A DNA stretch of 64,000 nt from Octopus vulgaris (Eukaryota): the NCBI GenBank assembly GCA_951406725.2, contig OX597819.1:115382001-115446000 (forward strand), read 5' to 3'. Position numbers and translations under genes: made by a program. This document shows, one piece after another, positions 38,581 through 52,199 of the stretch. The notes beneath the pieces were generated by a model. The model saw only the letters and a list, made by a program, of their open reading frames with translations, had not been told where the DNA came from and did not search any database. Every line of letters begins with the position of its first letter. Position 1 is the stretch's first letter.

Positions 38581-38927
38581 TATGTACAAGTGACTAAGAG
38601 GAAGAAGAAGAGGAAATTCCAATGTGCAACTTTACACTCAATGACTTGAAGAGGCTTTTGAACATTCTGAAAAGGCCATAAAAATTTTTGTGTCAAAAGA
38701 TTCACATAATGTATAAATGAAAAAAAGTTTACCACAGATTTTTAAAATTCCTTTGGTTGTTAGCAAATTTATGAAGAAATGAATAGAACTGTATATTGCA
38801 AACAAACAAATGTCCCAAAACATTTCTGAAAAATACAATGCTATTTACAGGAAATTTGACACACAGAAATTGACTACGCGTGAAATTTTTTGATTGGAGT
38901 CAAAATCACAATTATTGTAATTCAATG

Positions 38928-39120
38928 TGCAGGTGGCACGTAAAAAGCACCCACTACACTCACGGAGTGGTTGGCGTTAGGAAGGGCATCCTGCTGTAGA
39001 AACACTGCCAGATAAGACTGGAGCCTGGTGCAGCCTTCTGGCTTCCCAGATCCCCGGTCGAACCGTCCAACCCATGCTAGCATGGAGAACGGACGTTAAA
39101 CGATGATGATGATGATGATG
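38928..39120 (+). mobile_element. Family A RTE 3' end, young copy
   Basis: CpGs intact, (GAT)n tail. Confidence 0.9.
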
Positions 39121-40294
39121 AATGTAAAAATCCCTGAGTTTTAGTTTAATAGGCAGTAATTAGAAATGAAATTAACTGCCTGTATTTAATTATAGCCTTT
39201 TATATTGAAATTCCACTATAGTCGACTTAGTTTTTTATTTTTCTGTGGTTAATACAGGACCAGTTGAATATTGGGGTTGATTTAGCATTTCTAAAAGGCA
39301 TCCTAGAAGCGTTAGCTTTGCCAAATAGTGTTCAAGCACTGAAGCTCAGTTGTAATTTTCAAAAGCCACTCGGTTGAGTTGAACAGCTGCAATTTATATA
39401 AATGTAAATAAAGATCAGTTATGAAAACTGAAACAGGTGATAACATTGCATCAGCAGCCAAGAAATCTATATTTACTGCCTGTAAACGCAAATATATTTA
39501 TATCAAGTACAATAAGAGAGTAAAAATGAACAGAAAGGGATGAGAGAAAGAAATGTGAGTGTCCATTAACTGTGAGAGAAAATTCAGAAATATGCTAAAA
39601 TTAACAGTCACAGGATTGTCTGGTTTTTTTTTTTCTTTATTTCTTTCTTTTTTTTTTTAACAATGATGATGTGGTAAGCCATCTCCTGAGTAAGAAGGCT
39701 TTTTGCTTGCTGACAACGAATCATATAGTTAATTCCACTGAATAGATTATTATGACTTCAGAGTTCAATTTCCTGAATAAATTCAGCTTTAATACGCCCT
39801 ACAACATCCTACTTTTTAGAAGAACAATGCTGGGAGAAATAATTTTAAACCACTTTATCCACTTAATACATACAAATTTGTATAAATCTATGTACCAGAC
39901 TGAAGCTATTAAAATAAAATGGCTGTGTGATGAAAGGATTTCATCAAAATTGACTGTTCAATATAGCTACAGAGATGAGGATTTATATCGGTCAGACACT
40001 GAAATTACCATATCAATGCGTTGGATAAAGGCCAGCCTTCTGAACCACAAAACTAGCTATGTTCATTTTGTGTTAACTAGCTTTCTTTCACTGGGAACGC
40101 CCTTATGTAAATATTGGGAAGAAAGAAAGGTAAAGAGAACAGCAGATGTTACATGGAAACCAATGCTCGAAATGGAATTGACATGTGATATAAAATAACC
40201 AATTGGATTAATTGTACAACCTATAAAAAGATTACAATGGCATGAGGACATTTTAACCGCATGGCTTTAATACATACATATATATATATATATA

Positions 40295-40574
40295 TCATCG
40301 TTTAACGTCCGTTCTCCATGCTAGCATGGGTTGGACGGTTCGACCGGGGATCTGGGAAGCCAGAAGGCTGCACCAGGCTCCGGTCTTATCTGGCAATGTT
40401 TCTACAGCTGGATGCCCTTCCTAACGCCAACCACTCCGTGAGTGTAGTGGGTGCTTTTTACGTGCCAGGCGAGGCTGGCATCGGCCACGGTCGGATTGGT
40501 GCATTTTACGTGCCACCTGCACGGAGGTCGAGGCGGCACTGGCTTCGGCCACGATTCGGATGGTGCTTTTTACG

Positions 40575-40580
<6 letters not shown>
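40295..40580 (-). mobile_element. Family A RTE 3' end, young copy
   Basis: Near reverse complement of 38928-39120. Confidence 0.9.
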
Positions 40581-40627
<47 letters not shown>

Positions 40628-41565
40628 CATACACACACACATACACATAGTTACATACATGCATATGTGTGTGAGAGTGTATTCTATTCTAACTTTGGCA
40701 AGCCACTTATAAAGCTTCTACATGCTTGTTCGACCAACTAGAATTAGCAGGCAAATCACCCTCATTCACTCCCTAAAGTCTTGAAAAGAGCAGACACAGT
40801 GTATAGTCTTTATTACAATCTGTACTAAGAAGAAAAATAGTCCATAGGAATGTTAGTCATCTAACAAGTTGATGAGAGCCAGGTCTTGTGAGAGAAACCC
40901 TGCTGAAGCTTGTTACATGAAGTATATTTGTAATCTGATGGCATACGCTTGCTATGCAGATCCTCTCTGAAGATTACATTAAGAGTGCATGTGTCTGAGG
41001 AATACTTAGCAGTCACTTATAAACACACTGTGTAGATAATATCATTAATCAAATGATTGAAATCCTCATTTGTCAAACGTAACAGGAGATCCATAACCAA
41101 GCAATATCTAATTATTGAAGTGGAAAAATGATCAGAAAAGCCATTTCTATTCACATTTTCATATATATATATATATATACACACATACACACAAATATAT
41201 ATATACATATATTTATGTATAGAAACACAAAATACAAATATATCTAATATCTACATCTATGTACATTATATATACAAAGATATACATGTATGTATATATA
41301 TATGTTACACATACACATACGTATACCAAATGATTCCCAACAGTGACATGAGAGCACAAATTCTGATGGGAGGAATCAATATAATTGATTACATTGACCT
41401 AATGCTTAATTGGCACTTTATTTTATCGATCCTGGGAAGACTGAAAGACAATCTCATTCCTTATGGGATTTGAACTTGTACTACAAAGATAAAACTAAAT
41501 ACTCCAAACACAGAAGTCCAAAACACTACTAGCTCTGCCAGTTCAGCTAATAATAATAACAGTAT

Positions 41566-41608
<43 letters not shown>

Positions 41609-42214
41609 TTTGATGACGATGGTGGTCTCTAGCATTGGCAAGATGTCATAAATTTTATGGGCACCAGCATATGACTTCTTATCTTGTTGATCTCTGAATG
41701 ATTGCATGCTAAAGTTGACTCCTGATACTCAAACTGGTGCTCAACTGGTACTTATTTTATAGGCCCTGAAAGGATGAAAGGCAAAATCAACCCAAGCGGA
41801 ATTTGAACTCAGAACATAAAACCAGATGAAATGCCGCTAAGTATTTTGTCTGGTGTGCTAACAATTCTGCCAGCTTACCACCTTAATAATAATAGTAATT
41901 TCTAATTTTGGCACAAGGCCAATAATTGTTAGGCAAGGATGGTAAGTTGATTGCATTACCCCAGTGTTCAAGTGGTCCAATACATAATATCATAAAGTGA
42001 GCCAATACATGATATCTTAAGTTAGTGTAATACATGATATAGTGATCCAATACATATCTCATTGTGGCGCAGTACACAATGGTCTTACAGTAGTCTAACA
42101 CATGATATCTTGATACACTGGCACAAGTTTTTATAGTTATTTTGTTGATCTCAGAAAGATAAATGACAAAGCTGACTTGAGTGGGATTTGAACTTGAAAC
42201 ATAAATGAACTGGT

Positions 42215-42322
42215 TTCAGTCCCACTGCATGGCATCTTGGGCAAGTGTCTTCTGCTATAGCCCCGGGCCGACCAATGCCTTGTGAGTGGATTTGGTAGAC
42301 GGAAACTGAAAGAAGCCTGTCG

Positions 42323-42363
<41 letters not shown>

Positions 42364-42565
42364 TTGTTCCCCTAGCATTGCTTGACAACCGATGCTGGTG
42401 TGTTTACATCCCCGTCACTTAGCGGTTCGGCAAAAAGAGACCTATAGAATAAGTACTGGGCTTACAAAAAGAATAAGCCCCGGGGTCGAGTTGCTCGACT
42501 AAAGGCGGTGCTCCAGCATGGCCGCACTCAAATGACTGAAACAAGTAAAAGAGTAAAAGAGAGAG
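42215..42565 (+). mobile_element. SINE family B (variant subfamily), 5' truncated
   Basis: Similarity to the other copies. Confidence 0.9.
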
Positions 42566-42896
42566 AGAGAACTTGACTGAATTACTGTAAGGGGTTTACT
42601 TCACCAGTCTACTGTTGGTGCCACATGAAAGGAACCCATGCTGGTTCCACATACAAAATGCACCCATGCCGGTGCCACATAAAAAGCATCTGTGCTGGTG
42701 CCACGTAAGAAGCACCCAGGACACTCTGTAAAGTGGTTGGTGTTAAGAAGAGCTGCCATTCATAGAAACCAGGACAAAACAGACAATTGGGGTCTGGTGA
42801 TGCTCTCCAGCTGGCCAGCTCATGTCAAACCATCCAACACATGCCAGCATGGAAAACGGATATTAAATTATTATGATGAAATGAATAAAAGTAGAT

Positions 42897-43109
42897 ACTC
42901 TTTATTTGTTTCAGTCATTTGACTGCGGCCATGCTGGAGCACCACCTTTAGTCGAGCAAATCGACCCCAGGACTTATTCTTTGTAAGCCTAGTACTTATT
43001 CTATTGGTCTCCTTTGCCGAACTGCTAAGTTACGGGGACGTAAACACACCAGCATCAGTTATCAAGTAATGATGGGGGGACAAACATAGACACACAAACA
43101 TACACACAC

Positions 43110-43170
<61 letters not shown>

Positions 43171-43337
43171 TATGACAGGCTTCTTTCAGTTTCTGCCTGC
43201 CAAATCCACTCATAAGGCATTGGTCGGCCGAAGGCTTTAGTAGAAGACACTTGCCCAAGGTGCCACGCAGTGGGACTGAACCCAAAACCATGTAGTTCGT
43301 AAGCAAGCTACTTACCACACAGCCATTTCTGCGCCTG
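42897..43337 (-). mobile_element. SINE family B
   Basis: Similarity to the other copies; inverted relative to 42215-42565. Confidence 0.9.
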
Positions 43338-44472
43338 TAGAATGATTTTATAAATAGAGGTCCACAGAAAATGTCTAAAGTTAATGTCAGTGAAGAGAAC
43401 AAATGGGTTCAAATGTTAAACTCTGAAAGTTTAACCATTTAGTATTCAAAGTGCTCAAATCTGATTCAAATGTTCTACTTGGTTTATGTTCAAATCAGCC
43501 ATATCTGGCCTCTCACACCTACCCTGTCATTCTAAAAATAAACAAACATATTGAAATCTCAAAGCTACAAGATAATGCAGGATTTATTGCACACAATGTG
43601 AATAAATATGTCTTACAGTCGACAGAATGATCTGAATACTAAAGGGTCAATGAAGCAGATCCAGACAGGAGGAACTTGAGAGAAATTTTCTTTAGTGTTC
43701 ATGACCCTTTTATAGGGTTCTCTAACACAGATTGGAGGGAGGAAGGTATCCTAAAACAGGGAAGCCAACCTCAAATCCTTGCAACAGGGTGGACTCTACC
43801 AAAATTACTTAAGGAGCAGGTGGTGGTGTTGAAGTGGGCAATAGATTAAATTTACCACCCAAACAGACTAAGGCAGAATTTGAACTCAGAAAGCCAGGAT
43901 AAATATCACGAGACATTGTATCTGATGCCCTAACATACCACCAATTTATTATCCTAGCCTGATACATTATTTTATCAATCCCAGAAAGATAAAAGGCAAA
44001 GATGACATCAGCAGGATTTGGACTCAGAATGCAAAGAGCTGGAATAAATATTGTAAGGTATTTTATCTCATGATTTTATATTCTGCCAATTCATCACCAG
44101 TTTATCTGGTATGAAGATCAAGGAGTTAGGAATACTTCTTTTTGTTTAGCCCCAGGACAGTCTAGATTGAGTAGACCTATGACCAAAGGGATTTTAACTG
44201 AGCCCATCCCATTTTTATTTGTTGTTTATGTGTATCAAGAACTATATTTTCTGTTGTATCTATTTTTATTCATATGGTAATGTGTGATTTGAGAGAGTGC
44301 TGGCTGCTATTTCTAGCAGGTTGAACAACTGCATAGAGATTTGTTTGCTCGTTAACATGTGTATGTGTTTTTTTTTTTTTGGGGGGGGGGTAGTTGGCCA
44401 AGCGAGGAGAAACATCACTTCACTCACTTTTGTACCACACCCCCAACATATACACACACTCAGAGAGAGAGG

Positions 44473-44506
<34 letters not shown>

Positions 44507-46394
44507 GGGAGAGAGAGACAGACAGAGATTGAGAATGTCAAGCCTATAGGAGAACTGAAGATCAGATGATCTGAAAGAGAACAAGAAAGAAGCCTGGAAA
44601 AGCTTGGAGACAATGATAACTGAAATAAAAAAAATAAAATAAAAAGGCTAAATCAAAAGAGAGAGAGAGGTCAGCCCTTGTGACCTTCTTCAGAACATCT
44701 AACACATGCAAAAGGAGTGGAAAGGTGGATTTATCCTTAGACTGGAATGCTGGTCCCAAAACTTGCAACAGAGGGGGTTCTTCTTAAGACAGCTAAAGAG
44801 GCCTCCACATAGTTTGTTTATTCAAGTTCAACTAACAAGGCTTGGGAAGACCTGAAGATATAGTAAACGGAACTTGCCCAAGGTGCAGCAGAATGCAATT
44901 GAATGTTAGACCTGATGACTGCATGGCAAATATTTTAACCAGATGAACTATTTCTGCACCCATTTAGAGGAAGGAACAAGATATTAAAGTGTGTGTACAG
45001 TGGGGATTGATGATAACATATAAGTATATATGTTTGTATACATTTATGTATATGAGTATGTATGTGTGTGTATCCTTGTCTTGACATCACATGATGGTTG
45101 TAAATGAGCATCAGAATCACACAAGTGATGCCATTCATTTCTAGTCATTATCATCATCATCATCATGATTCAGATGGAATTTCTTGAGGCAAATTTTCAG
45201 TGACTGGACGCTCTTCCTGTTGCAAACTCTCACCTGTTTCCAAGCAAGATAATACTTTCCCTTGCCTAGACAGGTTTTCCACACAAGACTGGAAATGAAC
45301 ACCACTCGTATGACAGTGATGCTCAGTTGCAATCATCAAGTAATGTCAAGACCCATGTACATAAAACACATGCACACACACACACATGCACACGCGCATG
45401 CACACACACACACGCATGCACGTGTGCATGCACACACACACACATAATATGTACAAGCTTTTTTTCAGATTCCATCTACCAAATGTGGTCATAAAGCTTT
45501 ACTCGATCTGGGGAAGTAACAGGAGACACTCATCCAAGGTACCATGCAGTGGGATTGAACCTAAAACCACATGGTTGGGAAGCAAACTTCATAACCACAC
45601 AAACAGGCCTGTAGTTTCGGGGTGGGGCAGAAGGCATAAAATGAACTTAAATGGAAGAAAGTAATAAGCGAAAGGAACTAAGAATAGATCCCAAAAGAAT
45701 GTCTTAACTGTTGGTGTAGCAGACATTTTCTGGCTTTGTAATTTTACCTTCCACACACACACACACACACACACACACAGATTGGGATAGGTACATACAA
45801 AAATTCATACACCTAAAACTGATATGTTTTAAAGATAAGGCCTGCCAACCCATCTAAAACCCAAGATGAGGGAACAGGAAATATGATAGGCTGAAAATAC
45901 AAACAAAAGTGGAAAGGGGCCTATAGGGACAGAAGGTGGTGGGAGAAGAACTGTGGGTTCCTTACTTGAGTTTGAAGAATGAGAGAAAAAGTGATAGATA
46001 GATAGATGGGAGAGAGAGGGAAGAGAGAAACCTTCAAACATGGCCTCTTTTTGCCTGACAGCTCGGCTGTAATGAATCAAGGTACAAGAGTCTCTTTGCA
46101 AAGACTACTGCCTTCTCAGCAACTACCAAAGTCTGTAACTGTAGTTATTTAACCTCAAGTCAATCCTGGGTGAACACCTCAAGGATCCAAGGCATTCCAG
46201 CCATAAACCCCACCTCCAGTTGCTTCAGATGGTTTATCCCAGGTCTACATTATTTAGTATGTCCTTCTACTTTTTTTTAAAGACAGTAAAAGAAAGATTA
46301 AGCTGCTATTTTGCTTTTTTTCTAGAAGGCCTGGTGATCACCCTGACACTCCTACTTACCAATGAGTGTAATGTGAGGCAGTGAAGAGAAAGAC

Positions 46395-46429
<35 letters not shown>

Positions 46430-47726
46430 GAGGAGGGGGTAGAAAGCGAGGGGGAGGCAGAGAATTGGGTAAGGTGTTTAACAGAAAGAGACAAGAGGGG
46501 GAGAAGGAAGCAAATATTTTAGGCTTGATATGAAGGGAATAGACCCATAGCAGGAACACCACAGCTCTGTTATTTGATATTGCTGTTGGTATCTTGGGAG
46601 GAATTTATAACTATTTTACTCAAAGTCTGCCTGCTGCTGACAGCACTATTTATATATATATGTATATGCAGTGTCTATGTAAGAGTGCATGTGTATGCAT
46701 GTGAATGTGTGTGAGTGCATATATATATATATATATATATATACATTTATATGTGGGAGTGTCTGTTTAAGTTACAATTCTTTAAATTCTTCCCAGAAAG
46801 AAACCGTTTTTCTTTTAACTAAACCAAACAGCACCCTGCCACAAGAATTTAGATGAGAAACAAGAATAAAGAGTGTTACATGTTGAAAGTTAGATAAAGT
46901 CTTGTGCATTTTCACTGCTCCATTTACAGAATGGATTTGCTAAATATGAGCTGGATGATCTCTTTCTTCACCTGAAAACTCCATCTTTTTGCAGTTGTTA
47001 CCAAGATACTTACTAACATAACCAAGTGTACCAATGACTATGAATGGATACAGATGTCAATTTATACAGTGAGTAGAGTCATAAGTTTCAAGACAAATGG
47101 CTATGAATATTCACCTTTTCACTAATTAAAAAAAAAAAAGGCATTTACATCCCTGGAACTGGAATTGGCTGAGTCGCTCTGTGGTCAGAGGTTAGTCCTG
47201 AAAAGGACTGGAACCAAAGACCTTATATCGTGAATGCTGGAGCCTTATAAAGCCTGAGGTAGGCTCAAGCAAGGCATAAGAAAAACAGTGTCACAGGACC
47301 TTATCCGAAGGCTGCGATTGGTTGGCTTACACACTGGCACGAAATAAGTCAAGAGACAAACTGCGCCAATGCCAACTAATCAGAGCAGTGGGCACAACAG
47401 GGTCAAAATAGCCGAAGATGGTTGTTATCTAACACGAGATCATTTCTAATATATCTCTCAAACAGTGAGGATATCAGCTATGCTACAACTGTATGGGCCA
47501 AACAAAATACATAGAGGTAGATTTTTCTATGGTCAGATGCCCTTCTTGTCACCAGCTCTCACTAGTTTCCAAGCAAGGTAATATTTCCCTGTGGCCAAAC
47601 AGATTTTTCACACATGACTGAAAATGAATGACATTGTTTATATGACAGTCATACTCATTTACAACTAATACATGATGACAAGACGAGAGTAAACACAGAC
47701 AAGCACTCATATACATATATACATGC

Positions 47727-47775
<49 letters not shown>

Positions 47776-48547
47776 CATGCACATACATATATGTGCATAT
47801 ATTATGCAATAAGCTTCTTTCAGTTTTCATCTAACAAATCTACTTGGAAGGGGTTTGGTTGTCCCAGGATGTAGAAGATATTTACTCATCATGCCATGCA
47901 GTGGGATTGAACCTGAAACCAAGAATGGGGTTGTAACAGAGAGACAGAGACAGAGAGAGAGAAACAGAGAGAGAAAGAGAGACACAGAGAGAGGTGCCTT
48001 TATCTTAGGTGCTGAGAGGCTAAAGTAAGAGAGAGGAGAGGCACAAGTGTCTTGCTATAGAAAGTAGGTGAATATAAGAGAGAATATGGCCAGATAGTTA
48101 AGGATGGAGTAGAAGCATTCAACATAGGGAATGATGAATAAGTGTAGAGGTGTGGTCAATGGTAAATAAAGGGTGAAAATATATGTGTGCATGCTTGCAC
48201 ATACACACACAATCTCTATGGAATATAAGATACAATAATCTCTAATACACTTCTGTGGAATACATAATGCAATGTTTAGTCCCAGATGAACATTGATCCA
48301 AGAGATCTATAACCAGATATGTCAGCTGTGGCCATCACATCGATCTTTTTAGGAAATTGACTACGTTACTGAATGCTTGCTTCCATTATTTTTTAAACAG
48401 TAAGGTGAGGTTTGAGGAAATTTTGGTAGCTATTTCTAGTAAGTTGAGTAACTGCACAAAGTAGGAGTGGGGGACTGTTTGCCTGAGTGTAAAATTTAGC
48501 CTACATTAAAATTTGATTACATATATATATATGCTTAACTTATATTT

Positions 48548-49040
48548 GTAAAAGCACCCACTACACTCTCGGAGTGGTTGGCATTAGGAAGGGCATCCAG
48601 CTGTAGAAACTCTGCCAGATCAGATTGGAGTCTAGTGCAGCCATCTGATTCACCAGACCTCAGTCAAATCATCCAACCCATGCCAGCATGGAAAGCGGAC
48701 GTTAAACGATGATGATGTTGATTTCCATTACATATATATATATATACACATATACATATATATATATCATCATCATCATCGTTTAGCGTCCGCTTTCCAT
48801 GCTAGCATGGATTGGATGGTTCAACTGGGGTCTGGGAAGCCAGAAGGCTGCATCAGGCCCAGTCTGATCTGGCAATGTTTCTACGGCTGGATGCCCTTCC
48901 TAATGCCAACCACTCTGTGAGTGTAGTGGGTGCTTATTACGTGCCACTGGCACAGGTGCTAGACGAGTCTGGCAAACGGCCACAATTGGATGGTGCTTTT
49001 TACGTGCCACTGGCATGGGGGCCAGGCGAGGCTGGCAACA
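48548..49040. mobile_element. Tail-to-tail pair of family A copies (48548-48720 plus; 48766-49040 minus)
   Basis: Two copies in inverted orientation about 50 bp apart. Confidence 0.85.
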
Positions 49041-49972
49041 TATATGACACCATATAGTAGTTGTAAAAATGAATGTCATCTTATAAGTGGTGTCCTTCAT
49101 TTTCAATCTTCCATGAAATCATATCTGGCCATGGAAGAATATTACTTTGCTTGGAAACAGTGAGGGTTGGTGACAGGAAGGGCATGCAACCATAGAAGAT
49201 CTGCCTAAATAAAATCAGCCGACCCATGCAAGTATGGAAAAGTGGATGCTAAACAATGTATATATATATATATATATGTATGATTACACTCTTGGAGTGG
49301 TTTGCGTTAGGAAGGGCATCCAACTGCAGAAACCATGCAAAATCAGATTGGAGTCTGGTGCAGCCCCTCAGTTTACCAACCCTGGTCAAACAATCCAATC
49401 CATGCCAGCATGGACAATGGACGTTAAACGATGATGATGATGATGATGTACATATGTATGTATGTATGAACATATAAACACAGACATAAGTATTCATAAG
49501 ACAATTTGTTCTAAAGAAATAGGTCACAATATCAGGTTTACATTTATTAAACCGCCCACATCTTCATTTACATAGCTGTCATACTTGTTAAAAGTTTAAC
49601 ACCCAAGTTTGTGGGTGTTTTTAGCTTTAGCTAAGTCCATTGTTCCAAGCATTCCAGTCTGGTGTTCAGTTCTTCCCTTCCGTCCCAGCAGTCAGAGAGG
49701 CTTTGCATTATGTTACTGACACCGCCCTACCTCCTTCAGCTATGTTATGTAGAGAACAAACAGTTAAGTATGAATGAAGAAAGGGATAAATGTAGGTATG
49801 TGTGTGTGTGTGTCTATATGCATGTATATCTATAATTGTTTAGGCGGAGCAGCTTTTCTTTTATATATTTTACTTTGAATGCATTAAAAATAGATGCTTG
49901 TACAAAAAAAAAAAGAGAGAAAAAACTGCTCAACATGAAACTAAAATAAGTACTGCATAATTTAAATAAAAA

Positions 49973-50225
49973 ATAAATGCACCCTTTTAAAGCCTAGCCA
50001 GGCTCATGGGCTCGGTTTCCTGGTTTCTATGGTGTATGTGTTCCCCAGCTAGACGAGACGCCAGTCCATCGTAGTGTTACTCATTTTTGCCAGCTGAGTG
50101 GACTGGAGCAACGTGAAATGAAGTGTTTTGCTCAAGAACACAACGCGTCACCCGGTCAAGGAATCGAAACCACAATCTTACAATCATGATGCTGACATCC
50201 TAACCACTGAGCTACGCGCTTCCAC
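49973..50225 (-). mobile_element. tRNA-derived SINE with a 22-bp TSD
   Basis: A and B boxes on the minus strand; TSD gtactgcataatttaaataaaa on both sides. Confidence 0.85.
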
Positions 50226-50947
50226 GTACTGCATAATTTAAATAAAATTAAAAGCAACAGGAAAAATGTAATAGTGATATTAGTGATATGTTTGCAATTA
50301 TGGATAAAAACAAATATAAATTGCAAAAACTAACAATCTATTCAATAGTACGAATTTGTAAGGATTTAGAAAAAAAATACCATATAATTAAAAATTGAAC
50401 TAAGTAAACTAATTACAGGGATAAATGATCCCTTGTTTTTCTTGTAGTGAAAGAGAATTCCCTCCAGTACACATCAATGACAATGAAAATACATAAAACA
50501 AAACAATACCCTTAGACCCAAAATATTTCCAAGAAATACACCAACATGCAAGATTCTTTACCAATTAGGTGATTTCATCAAACAGTACATACAAGACAAA
50601 AGTGACACAGTGTATGGTTCTTAGAAAAAACCATCTTGGATGCAGAAAGTTTTCCAAACAACACTACCACTGACATTGTTTCAATGTCCACCCATGCTTG
50701 CTTGGGTGGACAGAGTTTATTGAGGCAAATTTGCTACTGCCAGATACTCAACCTGACATATTTCAAAGCATGGTAATATTTCCCCCACAGCCACACATGT
50801 TTTTTGCAGAATATTGGAATATTGTAAACGAATGACATTCGTTCACAACAATCACGTGATGTCAAGAGAAGACAGACACACACACACACACACAGAGTCC
50901 AAAGCTGATCAAAGCCTTGTGAGTGGATTTGGCAGACAGAAACTGAA

Positions 50948-51135
50948 ACGTCTACATTATTTACAAAGGACGGATAGGTGTCCTCATCTTGTTTGTTGTT
51001 ATCACGTTTCAGCTGATGTACTCTCCGGCCTTCATCAGGTGTTCTGGTGGAATTTTGAACCCAACCCTTTATTTGACTAATGGGGTACATTGTTCTCATT
51101 TGTAGGGTATGTTATTTTTCTGCTCTCATCCACTA
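50948..51135 (-). mobile_element. Penelope-like pLTR fragment with a degenerate hammerhead core; host of the Helitron
   Basis: Minus strand CTGATGA-aggccgg...cagct-GAAAC at 51005-51038; similar-style sequence resumes after 51496. Confidence 0.5.
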
Positions 51136-51495
51136 CTAGCACTATGACCCGGCAACGCCAGGTCATAGTGCTAGTGCATGCATATACAGCTGCGTGCATG
51201 CGCACTACTGTCCAAATCTCCGACCAATCACATACAACTAGCTGGCATTCAATTGGCGTATCAAGTTTCGGGCATTTTGATTGGGTTTTGGATAGAAAAT
51301 TCACAAAAAGGTCACTTCTATTGATTTTTTTAATGGCTTTGCGGGGTGACTGGGGAAATGTAAAGATGTGCACGACCACCCTTGGACGGTTTTGAATGAC
51401 CATAGAAAGTGCGAGCCCTCTAAATGAAAAATTGTGGATTTGTATAAAGGATATACACACACACACAGGCATTTTGCCATTTATATATAGAGAGA
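51136..51495 (-). mobile_element. Non-autonomous Helitron, 360 bp
   Basis: 5' A|TCTCTCTATATATAAA, 3' hairpin then CTAG|T, no TSD. Confidence 0.85.
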
Positions 51496-51779
51496 TGCTA
51501 TATGCCTGTGGGCAATTATAGAGTGAATTTTAGGGCTTATAAGCCTAGTAGTTTATCTTTTCTTAATACTATCCGTCCATTGTAAATAATGTACATAATT
51601 CCTCATCTCAAAAATAAAGAATAGTATGAAATAAGTCCGTTTGACACTTGCCCAAGGTACCACATAGTAGAGCAGAACCGACACTGTCTAGGTGGGAAGC
51701 ATAATTCTTAACCATACAGCCACGCCTGCAACTATGATACAAACCAAAACTGGACAAGAAAACATTAGATGGATAGGAC

Positions 51780-51925
51780 ATCACTTTGACCGACCAGTCC
51801 GTCAGGCGTCCATTTGACACCGCTGGTCACAGCACGCTGTCCACTCCTCTCTAGATCGCGCCTTTCTCATCCACGTGATCTCAATCGTCCTCTTGAAGAT
51901 CCCAATCGTGCTCAGCACGAAGAAC
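51780..51925 (-). mobile_element. LINE-like 3' end fragment; second copy at 29605-29732
   Basis: Two near-identical ~120-bp copies ending (minus strand) ggtcggtcaaagtgat. Confidence 0.65.
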
Positions 51926-52199
51926 GAAGAGAAAAGGATAGGACATAGGAATTCCTAACAAAAATTACTTGTAACCCACCACAAGTCAAAATAAACACAC
52001 AAACAATAATACACACCCACACTTTTATTTACTGCCTTCTGACATGAAGTGTGTACAAGCATGCACACACACATTAAAGAAAAAAAAAAGAAAAGCATAA
52101 AAATTGAAGTAGATATAAAGAAATAAATTTTCGGAAACAACCCCCATCTCAAAAGTGAATGCTGTTCTGCGCATGCTTCATTCTCTGTAATCATCTGAG

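Noticed and set aside
39752-40198. 148-aa ORF; an IYIGQT hexapeptide in another frame near 39980 hints at GIY-YIG
   Set aside because: No recognisable domain; the motif is isolated and surrounded by stops, so chance is likely.
40318-40741. ORFs of the MLAWVGRFDRGSGKPEGCTRL / FLQLDALPNANH type
   Set aside because: Antisense reading of the RTE 3' UTR repeat plus microsatellite.
42610-42720. Short repeated gtgccac.taaaa units with variable spacers, superficially CRISPR-like
   Set aside because: Internal tandem subrepeats of the RTE 3' UTR; eukaryotic context, irregular spacing, no cas genes.
47155-47460. GC-balanced unique block
   Set aside because: No ORF, splice pair, termini or second copy identified; probably an unrecognised TE fragment.
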